Positions 9,695 through 19,426 of a stretch of DNA of 45,532 nt are shown here, piece after piece. The notes beneath the pieces are model-generated. The model made no database searches. It had not been told where the DNA came from and saw only the letters and a program-made list of their open reading frames with translations. The DNA comes from a virus (lineage: Duplodnaviria; Caudoviricetes): positions 1-45,532 of the IMG/VR virus record IMGVR_UViG_3300005805_000144, one strand, 5' to 3'. Position 1 is the first letter of the stretch. Every line of letters begins with the position of its first letter. Both the position numbers and the translations under genes were made by a program.

Positions 9695-11851
9695 TTAAAC
9701 CACTGCCTTTCCTCCAGCTTTTTTAAATTCTGCAAGTAAGGTAGAAGCTTGCTTCATAGGCTGATTCTTATAATTTGCTCCGGGCAGGCTAGCCCAAGTT
9801 TTCTTGTTTCTATCTAATGCTTCGTAAAATCTGCCTTGCTTGATTAAGTCGATAGAATTGTTTCTAGCTAAAAGGAAAATACAAGCTTTGTCTTGATTTG
9901 CGGGGCTAAAATCTGTTAGACCAAGGGCTGTTTTGCATTCGTCCCAAGTATCCGTCAAAAACTGATATGCTCCGGCTGCACTAGAAGGAATACCGTTTGC
10001 TCTTCTTACTTCTCTTGGATGATCTTTGAAATTTAGGGCTATGTTATCAACTTCCTTACCATAGACATTTTTAATCTTTGCTGACGTGATATCAAATTGT
10101 CTATTGGGCCATTGTCTTTGATATCCTATTGGTCCTGTTGTACCTTCAGCAAATCGTATCATGTATAAGAAAGCTTGAAGATTGTCCTGTTCTTGATTGC
10201 CGGTTGATCTAGGAGGGGTACCTTGTGTATTTGGCGGCAATTTAAAAATTCCTGTAATCTTTTTAGCAGCTTCTACGCTTAATTTTTTATAAGAAGCACT
10301 GCCGGGATTATTGTTTAAATTGACAGAATTAAACTCGGTTGGATTTACACTTTCATGTTGATCATAAGGTTCGTGTGTGGGAACTCTTGTCATTATTGTA
10401 AGTAAATCTTCAACTTGATAAAAATTATTTTCCCACGATCCGTAAACGGATCGATTGGGTAAGCTAAATCTAGCTAGAGGCGATACCGCTGTAGTTGATG
10501 CATCATCCGCTGCAGATGTTGGAGTTGCGGGCACGGCATTTTGATGTACTTGACCTCCGGTGGTCATGAAAAGATCTACATTGGCTTTTAGATGAATGTT
10601 TTCTGCTGTTTCTAAAATATCTGCATCGGAATACAGACTAAGGTTTCCATTACTGCTTAATTTTAGGGTCGCATTATTGCTTTTTAAATTAAAACTATCA
10701 TCAGCTTCAAAATTTACAACAGAATTTGATTTTAAATTCATACCAGATTCTGCATAAACAGATACTGAATTATTGCTTTGTATATTGAAGTCTAAGCCGC
10801 TGAGTAAATTAAAATCACTTCCACTTTCTATTTGTGTAGTCATATTTGAAGAAATGTTTACATTTCCGCCAGCTTCTAAATTTATATTTCTATCTGATCT
10901 AAAATTTAAATCTTGCTCAGAATGAATAGACACGCTATCTGCTGCATAGATATCAATTTTTCCCTGGGATGTAAGTTCAATCCAGGCTGTGCCTTTAGCA
11001 TTACCAATGTAAATTAAATCTTTAGTGTTATGTAAAAGAATCTGATGGCCGGTTCTGGTTCTTATACGAACCAATTCATTTTCGCCATCAATATCTCCGT
11101 CATCCATAACAAATGTTGAACCTCCCAATCTGCTTACCGGTGAGGGCGTTGCTGCTTTTTTGTTTAATGGTTTCCTTGGTCCGTTTTTATCTAGCGGGCC
11201 TGGGGTGCTGATTCCAAAAACGTAACTTGGGATTTCTCGCCTTGCACTACTGGTGGTTGTACCTCTAGCATCATCTAACAATAGACCTTGTTCTAATAAT
11301 CTATCTGCAAAAGGATGCACAGGTTTAGCTAGTTTGTCCACCGATGGTCCTTTTTCACCCGTTCTAGTAGATTTTAAAGGCTCTGCTACGGGCAGGTTAC
11401 TAGTCTTATATTTTGCTAGTTGCGAAGCAGTCATTGCTGTGTTTTTTGTTGCAGCGATGCCGGGCACCATAAAATTTTGTTGTTCATCCCATAAAAAGCC
11501 AATTATATATCCTTGGTTAAAATCAGAATTGGCAAATGCAACCACTACCCTAGTTCCAATGTCTGGGGGTATCATCCACATGCCGTAGCTTTTTTGTACG
11601 TCGTCGTATTTGTTTTCGTTAGTGCCTTCGTATAATACGTTGGTATTTCCTGCAAAAGGACTGACATATCTCACTACATAGGTTTGTTCTTTAATATTTG
11701 GGTCGCCAGCAATTAGAAACTTTATAGAAACCTCGACCATACCTTGCTTGGTAGGGTCAAGATGATTGGTTATTATTCCTTCGTAAATATAAGAAGGTAA
11801 ATGTGACGGACTTAGACCTCGTTGAAGTTGTGGAGTTTGCGCTGCTGACAT
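9695..11851 (-). CDS. gp5: Baseplate central spike (gp5/VgrG-like) with C-terminal lambda-R-type muramidase
   Basis: OB-fold motif YGMWMIPPDIGTRVVVAF, then RIRTRTGHQILLH and beta-helix-like repeats (SIHSEQDLNFRSDRNINLEAGGNVNISS). C-terminal domain AFLYMIRFAEGT...DHPR...SAAGAYQFLTDTW...DFSPANQDKA...WASLPG matches the lambda lysozyme family. Confidence 0.88.
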   Translation of the reverse strand: MSAAQTPQLQRGLSPSHLPSYIYEGIITNHLDPTKQGMVEVSIKFLIAGDPNIKEQTYVVRYVSPFAGNTNVLYEGTNENKYDDVQKSYGMWMIPPDIGTRVVVAFANSDFNQGYIIGFLWDEQQNFMVPGIAATKNTAMTASQLAKYKTSNLPVAEPLKSTRTGEKGPSVDKLAKPVHPFADRLLEQGLLLDDARGTTTSSARREIPSYVFGISTPGPLDKNGPRKPLNKKAATPSPVSRLGGSTFVMDDGDIDGENELVRIRTRTGHQILLHNTKDLIYIGNAKGTAWIELTSQGKIDIYAADSVSIHSEQDLNFRSDRNINLEAGGNVNISSNMTTQIESGSDFNLLSGLDFNIQSNNSVSVYAESGMNLKSNSVVNFEADDSFNLKSNNATLKLSSNGNLSLYSDADILETAENIHLKANVDLFMTTGGQVHQNAVPATPTSAADDASTTAVSPLARFSLPNRSVYGSWENNFYQVEDLLTIMTRVPTHEPYDQHESVNPTEFNSVNLNNNPGSASYKKLSVEAAKKITGIFKLPPNTQGTPPRSTGNQEQDNLQAFLYMIRFAEGTTGPIGYQRQWPNRQFDITSAKIKNVYGKEVDNIALNFKDHPREVRRANGIPSSAAGAYQFLTDTWDECKTALGLTDFSPANQDKACIFLLARNNSIDLIKQGRFYEALDRNKKTWASLPGANYKNQPMKQASTLLAEFKKAGGKAVV

Positions 11852-11857
11852 TTATTA

Positions 11858-14479
11858 CTATCCTTGTAAATTAATCCTTAAAACTTCTGCTAATCTAGCT
11901 TCTTTTTCTTCAGGAGTTTCAACTTTGGTTTCATCTAATTTATCTTTGGTATTTGCGGGAGGAGTGGTTTTTATCTTATCCCTTGATACAATTATACCTC
12001 TATTTTCTATGTCGCCTATGCTAACATTATCCGGCAGCAATTTTGAAATAGCTAACATAGCTGCAATTTCTCCGGCAGACAGACTTCCTAATTGAGCAAC
12101 ACTTAATCCCAATCTGTCAGCAGCATCGGTAACCGCATCATCTATTCCCTGCAAAGCTCCAGTAATTTTATTCACCGATCGACCAATTATCTGCACAGGA
12201 GCTGCTACCGCTTCAGCTACTGAATTTACTGCACCTTCGACGGCATCTGTAATGTTGGCTTCTAAATTTTCAAGAGAATCAGCAAACTTGTTTACTCCAC
12301 TAAGTAATTCTTTTAACGACGATCGTTCATTTGCTGGTACATTTTCATTTGCCCCAGAATTTTCTACAACTTGCGCATCAGGATTTGGAACAGTTTTAAA
12401 TGCTTTTTTAGTATCAACTGCCGATCCTTTGAAATCGTTTTCATTTAAGTCAACAGGTATTCTGTTCAATTTTAACTTTTGACTAAACTCTCCGTCTTTA
12501 AAAGATGATATTGCCTGCGTTAACAAATAGTACCCAGACAAATTATATCTCTGATTAAATTTTAAAAGTCCGGTGCCGCCGTTTTCTAAACTCTGATCAT
12601 CTATATCCATGCCACTTCTAAAATATATTTTTATAAAAATATTTTTTCCAAGAAAATTTGCCTCGCCATCAGTAGTGAGAACAGAATTTACTGATTTATT
12701 ATCGTCGGATTCTCGTAGAAGGGAAGGAAGATAATTTCCCAATCCTCCTGTCATTAAAAATACAGGATCTCCTACAATATCTGCTTCCAGTTTTATCATA
12801 CTGTAGTTGCTTAATATAATTTGATTGAAAGAATCTCTAGCAAATGCATTTACGTTGCCTGTAGATGCTGCCTCTCCGCCTGCAGCGCCAGATGATGTAC
12901 CTGGTGCTTTTGGTGCTAGCTGGCGATCTATCTGTTTTGCAGCTTCTCCGGCATCGTACTGAGCATTATTACCATTATCTGGATTTTGATTAACAGCCTT
13001 AGCGGCTTGATCCGGATTGGCCAATTTCCAAGGGAATCTTTCATAAAACAACTTGTCAAAACTAATGTTTAATTTTTTAATATCTACATTTTGACCGGTA
13101 TAGATATAGTTGTATTCTCTAACAACATTGATATTTCCAGTATCTTTTTGTTCTATTGTTCTATATCCTGTAACCTGACTTATATGAATTTTGCTTTGAA
13201 TAACCTTGTAGGTAATTTTATAACGTGGTCTACCTCTTACAGGATTGTGCTCTCCTTGCTCAATTTCAGCAACAATTTTCCAAAAATTAACTTCTTCCCC
13301 TACAGTTTTAACTGCATTTCCGTTACCCGGGTCAATTTGTTCTCTCCAATATTCGCTGTCTCTGATTATACCATCTATTATTCCCTGTACATAGGTACCT
13401 GGACCAAAATTGATAGAAAACTTAGAAGGTTCATAGGTAGTCACAGAAACTGCCGATGTGGCTGTAGTTGCTGCATCTTGTAGTTGATAAGCATTTCTAA
13501 TTTGAGTTTCGTCTACCTCAGCAAAATTTATTAGTCCGCTGTCAGAATAGAGATTTTTAAGAGGTTTTTTAGCTATGTCGTTATCAGTGGCGGTGTCATA
13601 TGTACCATCTTCTTTCTGCGTTGGAAATTCAATCACATACTCATCAATTTCTGTTGACTTTGGTTCTTTGATGGTTTTTGCAGCCTCGTCTTTCAGGGCT
13701 GTATTCATTCCGGTAACGAGATTAGTTAAAATTTCTTTTACTGTTAAACCGGATAGAGATATAGGAGTTTTAATACTTCCGTATACATCAGTAAACGCTA
13801 GATCGCTGCTAGGAAAAGCTTCACATCTATACTTGGTTCCAGACTCATCAAAATCAACATCTACTTTGCTAAATTTAAAAGGAATAAATCTTGTGGTTAG
13901 GTCTATTGGCTCTGGAGCAACCTGCTCTCCGTCGATATCGTCTTTGTATCCAATAAATTCAATCTTTAGTAAAAACGTAGCGTCTAGGTAAGTTTTATAG
14001 CCTGCAGCTCTTGACGCAACTGTTAGTGCTTCAATAAATCCAACAATACTGTAAGGCTCAAAAACATCAAATCTTAATTTAGTTATTAGTGCAGTGCCTG
14101 TAATTCTTTGAGGTGTGGGGAAAGTTTCAATTTCTATGTTATTGATATATAAATTAAATCTGCCTGCACTTTCTTCATTAAAATAATCGATCTCTTTCTG
14201 AGTTTCACCGTCAACTGTTATCAACGGTAAAAACTTTGTGGTTTTATCTCCGGGGACTTTACCGCTAGATTTGAGTATTATATTTCCTAAATCGCCTTTG
14301 GTTCTATACACCTCTGGCTGTGAAGCAGACACTCTGTCTAAACAAGACATTGTGGTAATGTAAGAATATGATCTATATTTGTTTAGAACATTATAGAAAT
14401 TTTTCTTAGCCAGTTTCTCTTTAATTGGTAAGTCTGGCGGAGCAGTAACTCGACTTCTTACAATTTCACCGCTTGCCAT
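11858..14479 (-). CDS. Probable baseplate hub protein (gp27-like position)
   Basis: 873 aa, between the gp53-like and gp5-like genes. IKLEADIVGDP and SGYYLLTQAISSFKDGEFSQKLKL resemble the C-terminal part of hub proteins. Mostly a synteny-based call. Confidence 0.55.
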   Translation of the reverse strand: MASGEIVRSRVTAPPDLPIKEKLAKKNFYNVLNKYRSYSYITTMSCLDRVSASQPEVYRTKGDLGNIILKSSGKVPGDKTTKFLPLITVDGETQKEIDYFNEESAGRFNLYINNIEIETFPTPQRITGTALITKLRFDVFEPYSIVGFIEALTVASRAAGYKTYLDATFLLKIEFIGYKDDIDGEQVAPEPIDLTTRFIPFKFSKVDVDFDESGTKYRCEAFPSSDLAFTDVYGSIKTPISLSGLTVKEILTNLVTGMNTALKDEAAKTIKEPKSTEIDEYVIEFPTQKEDGTYDTATDNDIAKKPLKNLYSDSGLINFAEVDETQIRNAYQLQDAATTATSAVSVTTYEPSKFSINFGPGTYVQGIIDGIIRDSEYWREQIDPGNGNAVKTVGEEVNFWKIVAEIEQGEHNPVRGRPRYKITYKVIQSKIHISQVTGYRTIEQKDTGNINVVREYNYIYTGQNVDIKKLNISFDKLFYERFPWKLANPDQAAKAVNQNPDNGNNAQYDAGEAAKQIDRQLAPKAPGTSSGAAGGEAASTGNVNAFARDSFNQIILSNYSMIKLEADIVGDPVFLMTGGLGNYLPSLLRESDDNKSVNSVLTTDGEANFLGKNIFIKIYFRSGMDIDDQSLENGGTGLLKFNQRYNLSGYYLLTQAISSFKDGEFSQKLKLNRIPVDLNENDFKGSAVDTKKAFKTVPNPDAQVVENSGANENVPANERSSLKELLSGVNKFADSLENLEANITDAVEGAVNSVAEAVAAPVQIIGRSVNKITGALQGIDDAVTDAADRLGLSVAQLGSLSAGEIAAMLAISKLLPDNVSIGDIENRGIIVSRDKIKTTPPANTKDKLDETKVETPEEKEARLAEVLRINLQG

Positions 14480-14480
14480 A

Positions 14481-14780
14481 TTAAATTCCCAATGCCGATC
14501 TTAACACACTCAACTTTGGCAAATATATGCTGACCCCTGCCTGCATGTCAAAAACTGGATCTTTGAGAATTGAAGGATTACGTACAGAAAACACCCACCA
14601 TAGAGAAGAATCGTTGTAAAGTTTGTATGCCAATAGGTCTGGCCTATTTTCAAATTCCTTTTGTATTGTGTATTTTGTATCGTCTGCCTGTGCGGGAAAG
14701 TTTCTAAAGGTAGCAACATCAAGATAACCTTTGGCTAATGATGTTGTAAAGTAAGGACTGGTTTTTGTATATGCTGGCAT
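14481..14780 (-). CDS. gp53: Baseplate wedge subunit, gp53/LysM-like
   Basis: YTI...ENRPDLLAYKLYNDSSLWWVFSVRNP...IYLP signature; 99 aa. Confidence 0.85.
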   Translation of the reverse strand: MPAYTKTSPYFTTSLAKGYLDVATFRNFPAQADDTKYTIQKEFENRPDLLAYKLYNDSSLWWVFSVRNPSILKDPVFDMQAGVSIYLPKLSVLRSALGI

Positions 14781-14783
14781 GTG

Positions 14784-15563
14784 TTACAGATATTTTGTAT
14801 TGTTTGGATAGTCTTCAATGAATTTGGTCACACTGAAATTTAACATTTCTCTACGACTGTAAATTGGGTTGCAATTGATTACAAAAGTTGACATTACAGG
14901 AATAAAGTTTGGGTTGGTTCCTTGTGTATTCAACTCTGCTACAACAGAACCGTTTTCGTCGGTAAGGGCTTCAGTTTCAGGCGCAGCTCCATTTGCAGTA
15001 CCTATACTGTAGTAATCAACGTCGGCTGATAACTCAAGCCTAAAACTTGTTATTACAATAGGAACATTCTTTAACATATAATCGCCGTAGGCAAATAATC
15101 TACATACTGGCGGCGGTGCGCCTGCCATTGCGTCATCACCGTATCTCATTTTTGTTAAAGAAGCTAACAAATGTTTTGTATTCAACCAAACAACTGCATC
15201 TTTATCGTTTTGTACAGTAAACTTACCCTGAATTGAGATTTGACTAATTGAACTATTTTGATAAAAATATTGTGTATAGTTACTGTGAGCGGCAGTCATA
15301 TCCTTATATGATGCTTTGTAATCATAGGTGATGCTAGGAGTATAGGGAAATATTATTCCGTCTTTCAGTTCATTGGCACTTCTATTGCCGCTAGTAGAAG
15401 GTCTGATATAATTACCAGGCACTTTAATTCTTACTCTTAAATCTTCATCGACAGGTCTACCGTCAATATTTTTAACAATCACTTTGGCAGGAGGATCTGG
15501 CTTTCTTTCGACAATTTTATCATCGAAAGTTTTTACGTTCTCTGGATCTACTGGTAAAACCAT
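14784..15563 (-). CDS. Baseplate-tail tube junction / tube initiator (gp48/gp54-like)
   Basis: IIFPYTPSI and GAPPPVCRLFAYGDYMLKNVPIVITSFRLEL are typical tube-initiator motifs. Start moved to the ATG at 15563 because an AGGAG SD (15574-15578) and a late promoter (15586-15591) lie inside the longer track ORF. Confidence 0.7.
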   Translation of the reverse strand: MVLPVDPENVKTFDDKIVERKPDPPAKVIVKNIDGRPVDEDLRVRIKVPGNYIRPSTSGNRSANELKDGIIFPYTPSITYDYKASYKDMTAAHSNYTQYFYQNSSISQISIQGKFTVQNDKDAVVWLNTKHLLASLTKMRYGDDAMAGAPPPVCRLFAYGDYMLKNVPIVITSFRLELSADVDYYSIGTANGAAPETEALTDENGSVVAELNTQGTNPNFIPVMSTFVINCNPIYSRREMLNFSVTKFIEDYPNNTKYL

Positions 15564-15585
15564 TTCGCAAATTCTCCTAGTATTG

Positions 15586-15602
15586 TATTTAACCATTAAA
15601 TA
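15586..15602. promoter_or_regulatory. Back-to-back TAAATA late promoter motifs (TATTTAA-CCA-TTAAATA)
   Basis: Perfect 7-3-7 inverted repeat giving TAAATA on the minus strand (15586-15591, towards the baseplate operon) and on the plus strand (15597-15602, towards gp55). Confidence 0.6.
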
Positions 15603-15633
15603 ATCTGCTGTTTTAATAGCCCCGTTTTTGTAG

Positions 15634-15662
15634 TTGACTTACAACATCTTTGTTGTTATAAT
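15634..15662 (+). promoter_or_regulatory. Sigma70-type promoter for the gp55-gp47-gp46 operon
   Basis: TTGACT (15634-15639), 17-bp spacer, TATAAT (15657-15662), with an extended -10 TG at 15654-15655. Confidence 0.85.
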
Positions 15663-15687
15663 ACTGCAGAGGATAATAATAACAACT

Positions 15688-16608
15688 ATGATCAACAACG
15701 GTAACCCAAAAAAAGTAAAATATCTAAACAACAGAGATTTATTAACAGAAATCCATCGCAGTAAATGCTCGTACTCCAGCTTTACCAAAGACGAATACAA
15801 TCAATATGACATTATTCTAAGTCATCTAGATAAGGTCAATATTCGAACCATTGCAAAAGCAAAACGAGCTAGAGCCAAACGATTAGGCATGTTAGCCTAT
15901 GTAGAAGCTAGAAATAACCAAGGCGGTAAAAAACTTAAACTCAGCGATTTTGCTATAGATTATAAAACTATTGCCAAAACAGATGTTATTATAAGGATTA
16001 TGACCTTTGATCATATTCCCCTAGCACCTGGTCGTAAAAAGACAACCAAAACCCGTGCAGATAGTCACGAACGTGTAAATTTCCCTCCGTTTCAACATTG
16101 GAAATTCAACGACGATGGCGAGCTAGTATGCGTGGGCAAAAGCCATTGGAAGGGCGGTGTTAAAACTGGTAAATTCAGCAAGGACCACGGTAGAATTACA
16201 GAAGGTCTAGGGCGCATGTTTATTAAATTGAGTGAGCGTTATGCCCAGCGTTCAAACTGGCGTGGTTATACCTACGTGGACGAAATGCGCGGTCAAGCCA
16301 TTTTACAATTAAGTCAAATTGGCTTACAGTTTGACGAAAGCAAGAGCGAAAATCCTTTTGCATACTATACCGCTGCTGTTACAAACTCGTTTACTAGAAT
16401 TCTAAATCTAGAAAAGAAAAACCAAAATATTCGAGATGACTTGCTTGAAGAAGCTGGATATACTCCCAGCAACACCCGGCAGAGCGCGAACGAATTCGCT
16501 GAAGAAAATGCTAGACAGGCACAAATCTACAAAAATGTTAGAATGCCTAAAAGCTCTGATACAGATTATCAGTCAGAAGAACCTTCAGAAGATCAAGATA
16601 ATCAATAA
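15688..16608 (+). CDS. gp55: Late-transcription sigma factor, T4 gp55-like
   Basis: KYLNNRDLLTEI at the N-terminus; NWRGYTYVDEMRGQAILQL...FDESKSENPFAYYTAAVTNSFTRILNLEKK matches the gp55 core. T4 gene order 55-47-46 is kept. Start taken at ATG 15688, since the track's TTG is the -35 box. Confidence 0.88.
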   Translation: MINNGNPKKVKYLNNRDLLTEIHRSKCSYSSFTKDEYNQYDIILSHLDKVNIRTIAKAKRARAKRLGMLAYVEARNNQGGKKLKLSDFAIDYKTIAKTDVIIRIMTFDHIPLAPGRKKTTKTRADSHERVNFPPFQHWKFNDDGELVCVGKSHWKGGVKTGKFSKDHGRITEGLGRMFIKLSERYAQRSNWRGYTYVDEMRGQAILQLSQIGLQFDESKSENPFAYYTAAVTNSFTRILNLEKKNQNIRDDLLEEAGYTPSNTRQSANEFAEENARQAQIYKNVRMPKSSDTDYQSEEPSEDQDNQ

Positions 16609-16626
16609 AATAAAAAGAGTTAATTA

Positions 16627-17643
16627 ATGCCTCTATTCAAAAAGGTTGCCTGTTTTACAGACATACATTTTGGCTTAAAGTCCAACAGCCCCACACATCT
16701 AAAAGATTGTGAGGAGTTTGTGGATTGGTTTATTACCACAGCCAAAGAAAACGGGTGCGAAACTGCGATCTTTTTGGGTGATTGGAGCCATAACAGAAAC
16801 AATCTAAATCTTTTTACACTGGATAGCAGTTTGAGAAGTTTAGAAAAATTAGGTCAGGCTTTTGAGCAGTTCTTTTGGTTCCCGGGCAACCACGACCTAT
16901 TCTATAAAGACAAGCGAGATGTGCATAGTAGTGCCTTTGGTCGCCACATACCTGGTGTTACTGTTGTAGAAGATATCACCACAATGGGAGAGGTTACTCT
17001 TGTGCCGTGGATGGTTGGAGAAGAATGGAAGACTATGAAGTCTGTAAAAAGTCGATATGTGTTTGGACATTTGGAACTACCTTTGTTTTATATGAATGCT
17101 ATGATTCAAATGCCCGATCACGGCGAACTACGAGCTGAAGATTTTACCGGCGGTCCGGAATATGTATTCTCAGGACACTTTCATAAACGTCAACAAAGAG
17201 GCAATGTTATCTATATTGGCAATGCGTTTCCTCATAACTTTGCGGATGTTGGCGATGACGACAGAGGTATGATGATATTAGAATGGGGCGGCAAGCCTCA
17301 GTACATCGCATGGGAAGATGCACCCAAATATAGATCAATCAAGCTCAGCGAGTTGATCGATAATAAAGATAAGATTATGGCGTCTAAGATGCACCTAAAG
17401 GTGAATTTAGATATTGATATAAGTTTTGAAGAAGCAAACTTCATTAAAGAAACTTTTATGAAAGAATATGATGTTAGGGAAATCAGTCTTATCCAAGACA
17501 AAACCACATTAGATGGAACATTTGAAGACAACCCCGACACCAACTTTGAAAGCGTGGATAAAATCGTAGCAGAACAGTTAGTTAATATTGAATCTGAACA
17601 GTTTGATCCAAAAACTCTACTAGAAATATACCATAACCTATAA
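16627..17643 (+). CDS. gp47: Recombination endonuclease subunit, Mre11/SbcD-like
   Basis: Metallophosphoesterase motifs DIHFG, LGDWSH, PGNHD, FGH and FSGHFH. Confidence 0.95.
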   Translation: MPLFKKVACFTDIHFGLKSNSPTHLKDCEEFVDWFITTAKENGCETAIFLGDWSHNRNNLNLFTLDSSLRSLEKLGQAFEQFFWFPGNHDLFYKDKRDVHSSAFGRHIPGVTVVEDITTMGEVTLVPWMVGEEWKTMKSVKSRYVFGHLELPLFYMNAMIQMPDHGELRAEDFTGGPEYVFSGHFHKRQQRGNVIYIGNAFPHNFADVGDDDRGMMILEWGGKPQYIAWEDAPKYRSIKLSELIDNKDKIMASKMHLKVNLDIDISFEEANFIKETFMKEYDVREISLIQDKTTLDGTFEDNPDTNFESVDKIVAEQLVNIESEQFDPKTLLEIYHNL

Positions 17644-17644
17644 T

Positions 17645-19426
17645 ATGTTTAAATTAAAGAGCCTCACCGTGAAGAACTTTATGAGCGTGGGCAATCAAAC
17701 CCAAGCCGTAGACTTCGATAAGCAGCAGCTTACGCTGGTATTAGGGAGTAACCTGGATTTAGGTGGCGACGACACAGGTAGCAGGAATGGAACCGGTAAG
17801 ACTACCATAATCAACGCCCTTAGTTACGCCCTGTATGGTCAGGCTCTCACCAATATTCGCAAGGAAAACTTGATTAATAAAACCAACGGCAAAGCCATGT
17901 TGGTCACTGTTGAGTTTGAAAAAAGCGGCAACAGTTATCGTATCGAGCGCGGGCGTAAACCTAACTTGCTAAAACTGTTTGTCAACGATCAAGAACTAAC
18001 TGCGGGCGATCAGCACGACGACGACAGTCAGGGCGACAGCAGAGAAACGCAGAAAAGCATTGAACAAATGTTGGAAATGTCGCACACAATGTTCAAGCAT
18101 CTTGTTGCTCTAAACACCTATACAGAGCCGTTTTTGGCCATGGGTAGCGGAGATCAGCGAGAGATCATCGAGCAGTTACTAGGCATTACTATTCTCAGTG
18201 AGAAGGCGGAAGCTCTTAAAGAAGAAATTAAGATCAGTAAGGATAAAATACAGGCAGAAAACGCCAAGATCGAAGCAATTAAGGGTGCCAACGACAACGT
18301 ACAAAAGAGCATCGATAGCCTTAAAATAAAAAGTTCTGCTTGGGAGACTAAGAAGGAAAAGGACATTGCTGCCCTAGAATCTGCCATTGCTGAACTTAAA
18401 AATGTAGATATTGAAAAAGAATTAGCGCAACACGCAGCACTAAAAAAGTGGGAAGAAAACGATACTGCTCTACGAAATCTAACTAAGCAGAAAGCCACAT
18501 TGGAAAGTGCTGTGGTACAGGCTGAGAAAAGTCTCAATCGCTGTGCCAAGGAAGTTGAAAAACTTGAAAGCAGAACTTGCCCTGCCTGTGAGCAAAGCCT
18601 ACAGGATCACAAACACGCAGAAATGACTGCGTCAGCGACCAAGGCGTTGGAAGATGCTGCTGTTTACTACAACAAGGTCAATGGCGATTTAGAAGTAGTG
18701 AACAAGGCTGTTGCTGAAATTGGCAAACTGCCTCGCAAGCCTGCTACGTTCTACGACACTGAGGCAGAAGCACTGGGTCATAAAAACAATGTTGAAAATC
18801 TAGAACGCAATCTAGAGAACAAGAGAACAGAAAACAATCCCTATGATGAGCAGATTGAAGATTTGAAAAACACTGCCATACAGGAGATTAGTTGGGACGC
18901 TATTAATGCTGCTACCAAACTCAAAGACCATCAAGAGTTTTTGTACAAGCTCTTGACCAACAAGGACAGTTTCATCCGCAAGAAAATTATTGATCAAAAC
19001 CTAACCTACCTCAACAAGCGATTGAGTTATTATATCGATCGTTTGGGGTTACCTCATCGCGTGGTATTCCAAAATGATCTCACTGTGGAGATCACGCAGC
19101 TAGGCCAGGAACTAGATTTTGATAATCTCAGTCGCGGCGAACGCAACCGATTAATTTTAAGTTTAAGCTTTGCGTTCCGCGATGTTTGGGAAGGACTTTA
19201 CCAAAGTATTAATCTATTGTTTATTGACGAACTTATTGATGCTGGCATGGACAGTGCAGGTGTGGAAAGTGCTATTGCAGTTTTGAAAAAAATGGCCAGA
19301 GAGCGCAGCAAGAATATATATCTAATATCGCATAAGGACGAATTAGTTGGTAGAGTTAACAATGTACTAAGAGTGGTAAAAGAAAACGGATTTACCAGTT
19401 ATAGCAATTCTGTAGATTATGTCTAA
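17645..19426 (+). CDS. gp46: Recombination ATPase subunit, Rad50/SbcC-like
   Basis: VKNFMS, Walker A GSRNGTGKTT, coiled coil with zinc hook CPAC, signature LSRGE, Walker B LLFIDE, and ISH. Confidence 0.95.
   Translation: MFKLKSLTVKNFMSVGNQTQAVDFDKQQLTLVLGSNLDLGGDDTGSRNGTGKTTIINALSYALYGQALTNIRKENLINKTNGKAMLVTVEFEKSGNSYRIERGRKPNLLKLFVNDQELTAGDQHDDDSQGDSRETQKSIEQMLEMSHTMFKHLVALNTYTEPFLAMGSGDQREIIEQLLGITILSEKAEALKEEIKISKDKIQAENAKIEAIKGANDNVQKSIDSLKIKSSAWETKKEKDIAALESAIAELKNVDIEKELAQHAALKKWEENDTALRNLTKQKATLESAVVQAEKSLNRCAKEVEKLESRTCPACEQSLQDHKHAEMTASATKALEDAAVYYNKVNGDLEVVNKAVAEIGKLPRKPATFYDTEAEALGHKNNVENLERNLENKRTENNPYDEQIEDLKNTAIQEISWDAINAATKLKDHQEFLYKLLTNKDSFIRKKIIDQNLTYLNKRLSYYIDRLGLPHRVVFQNDLTVEITQLGQELDFDNLSRGERNRLILSLSFAFRDVWEGLYQSINLLFIDELIDAGMDSAGVESAIAVLKKMARERSKNIYLISHKDELVGRVNNVLRVVKENGFTSYSNSVDYV

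Noticed and set aside
16627-19426. Mre11/Rad50 pair as an anti-phage defence system or bacterial sbcCD
   Set aside because: The gp55-gp47-gp46 order is standard for T4-related phages.
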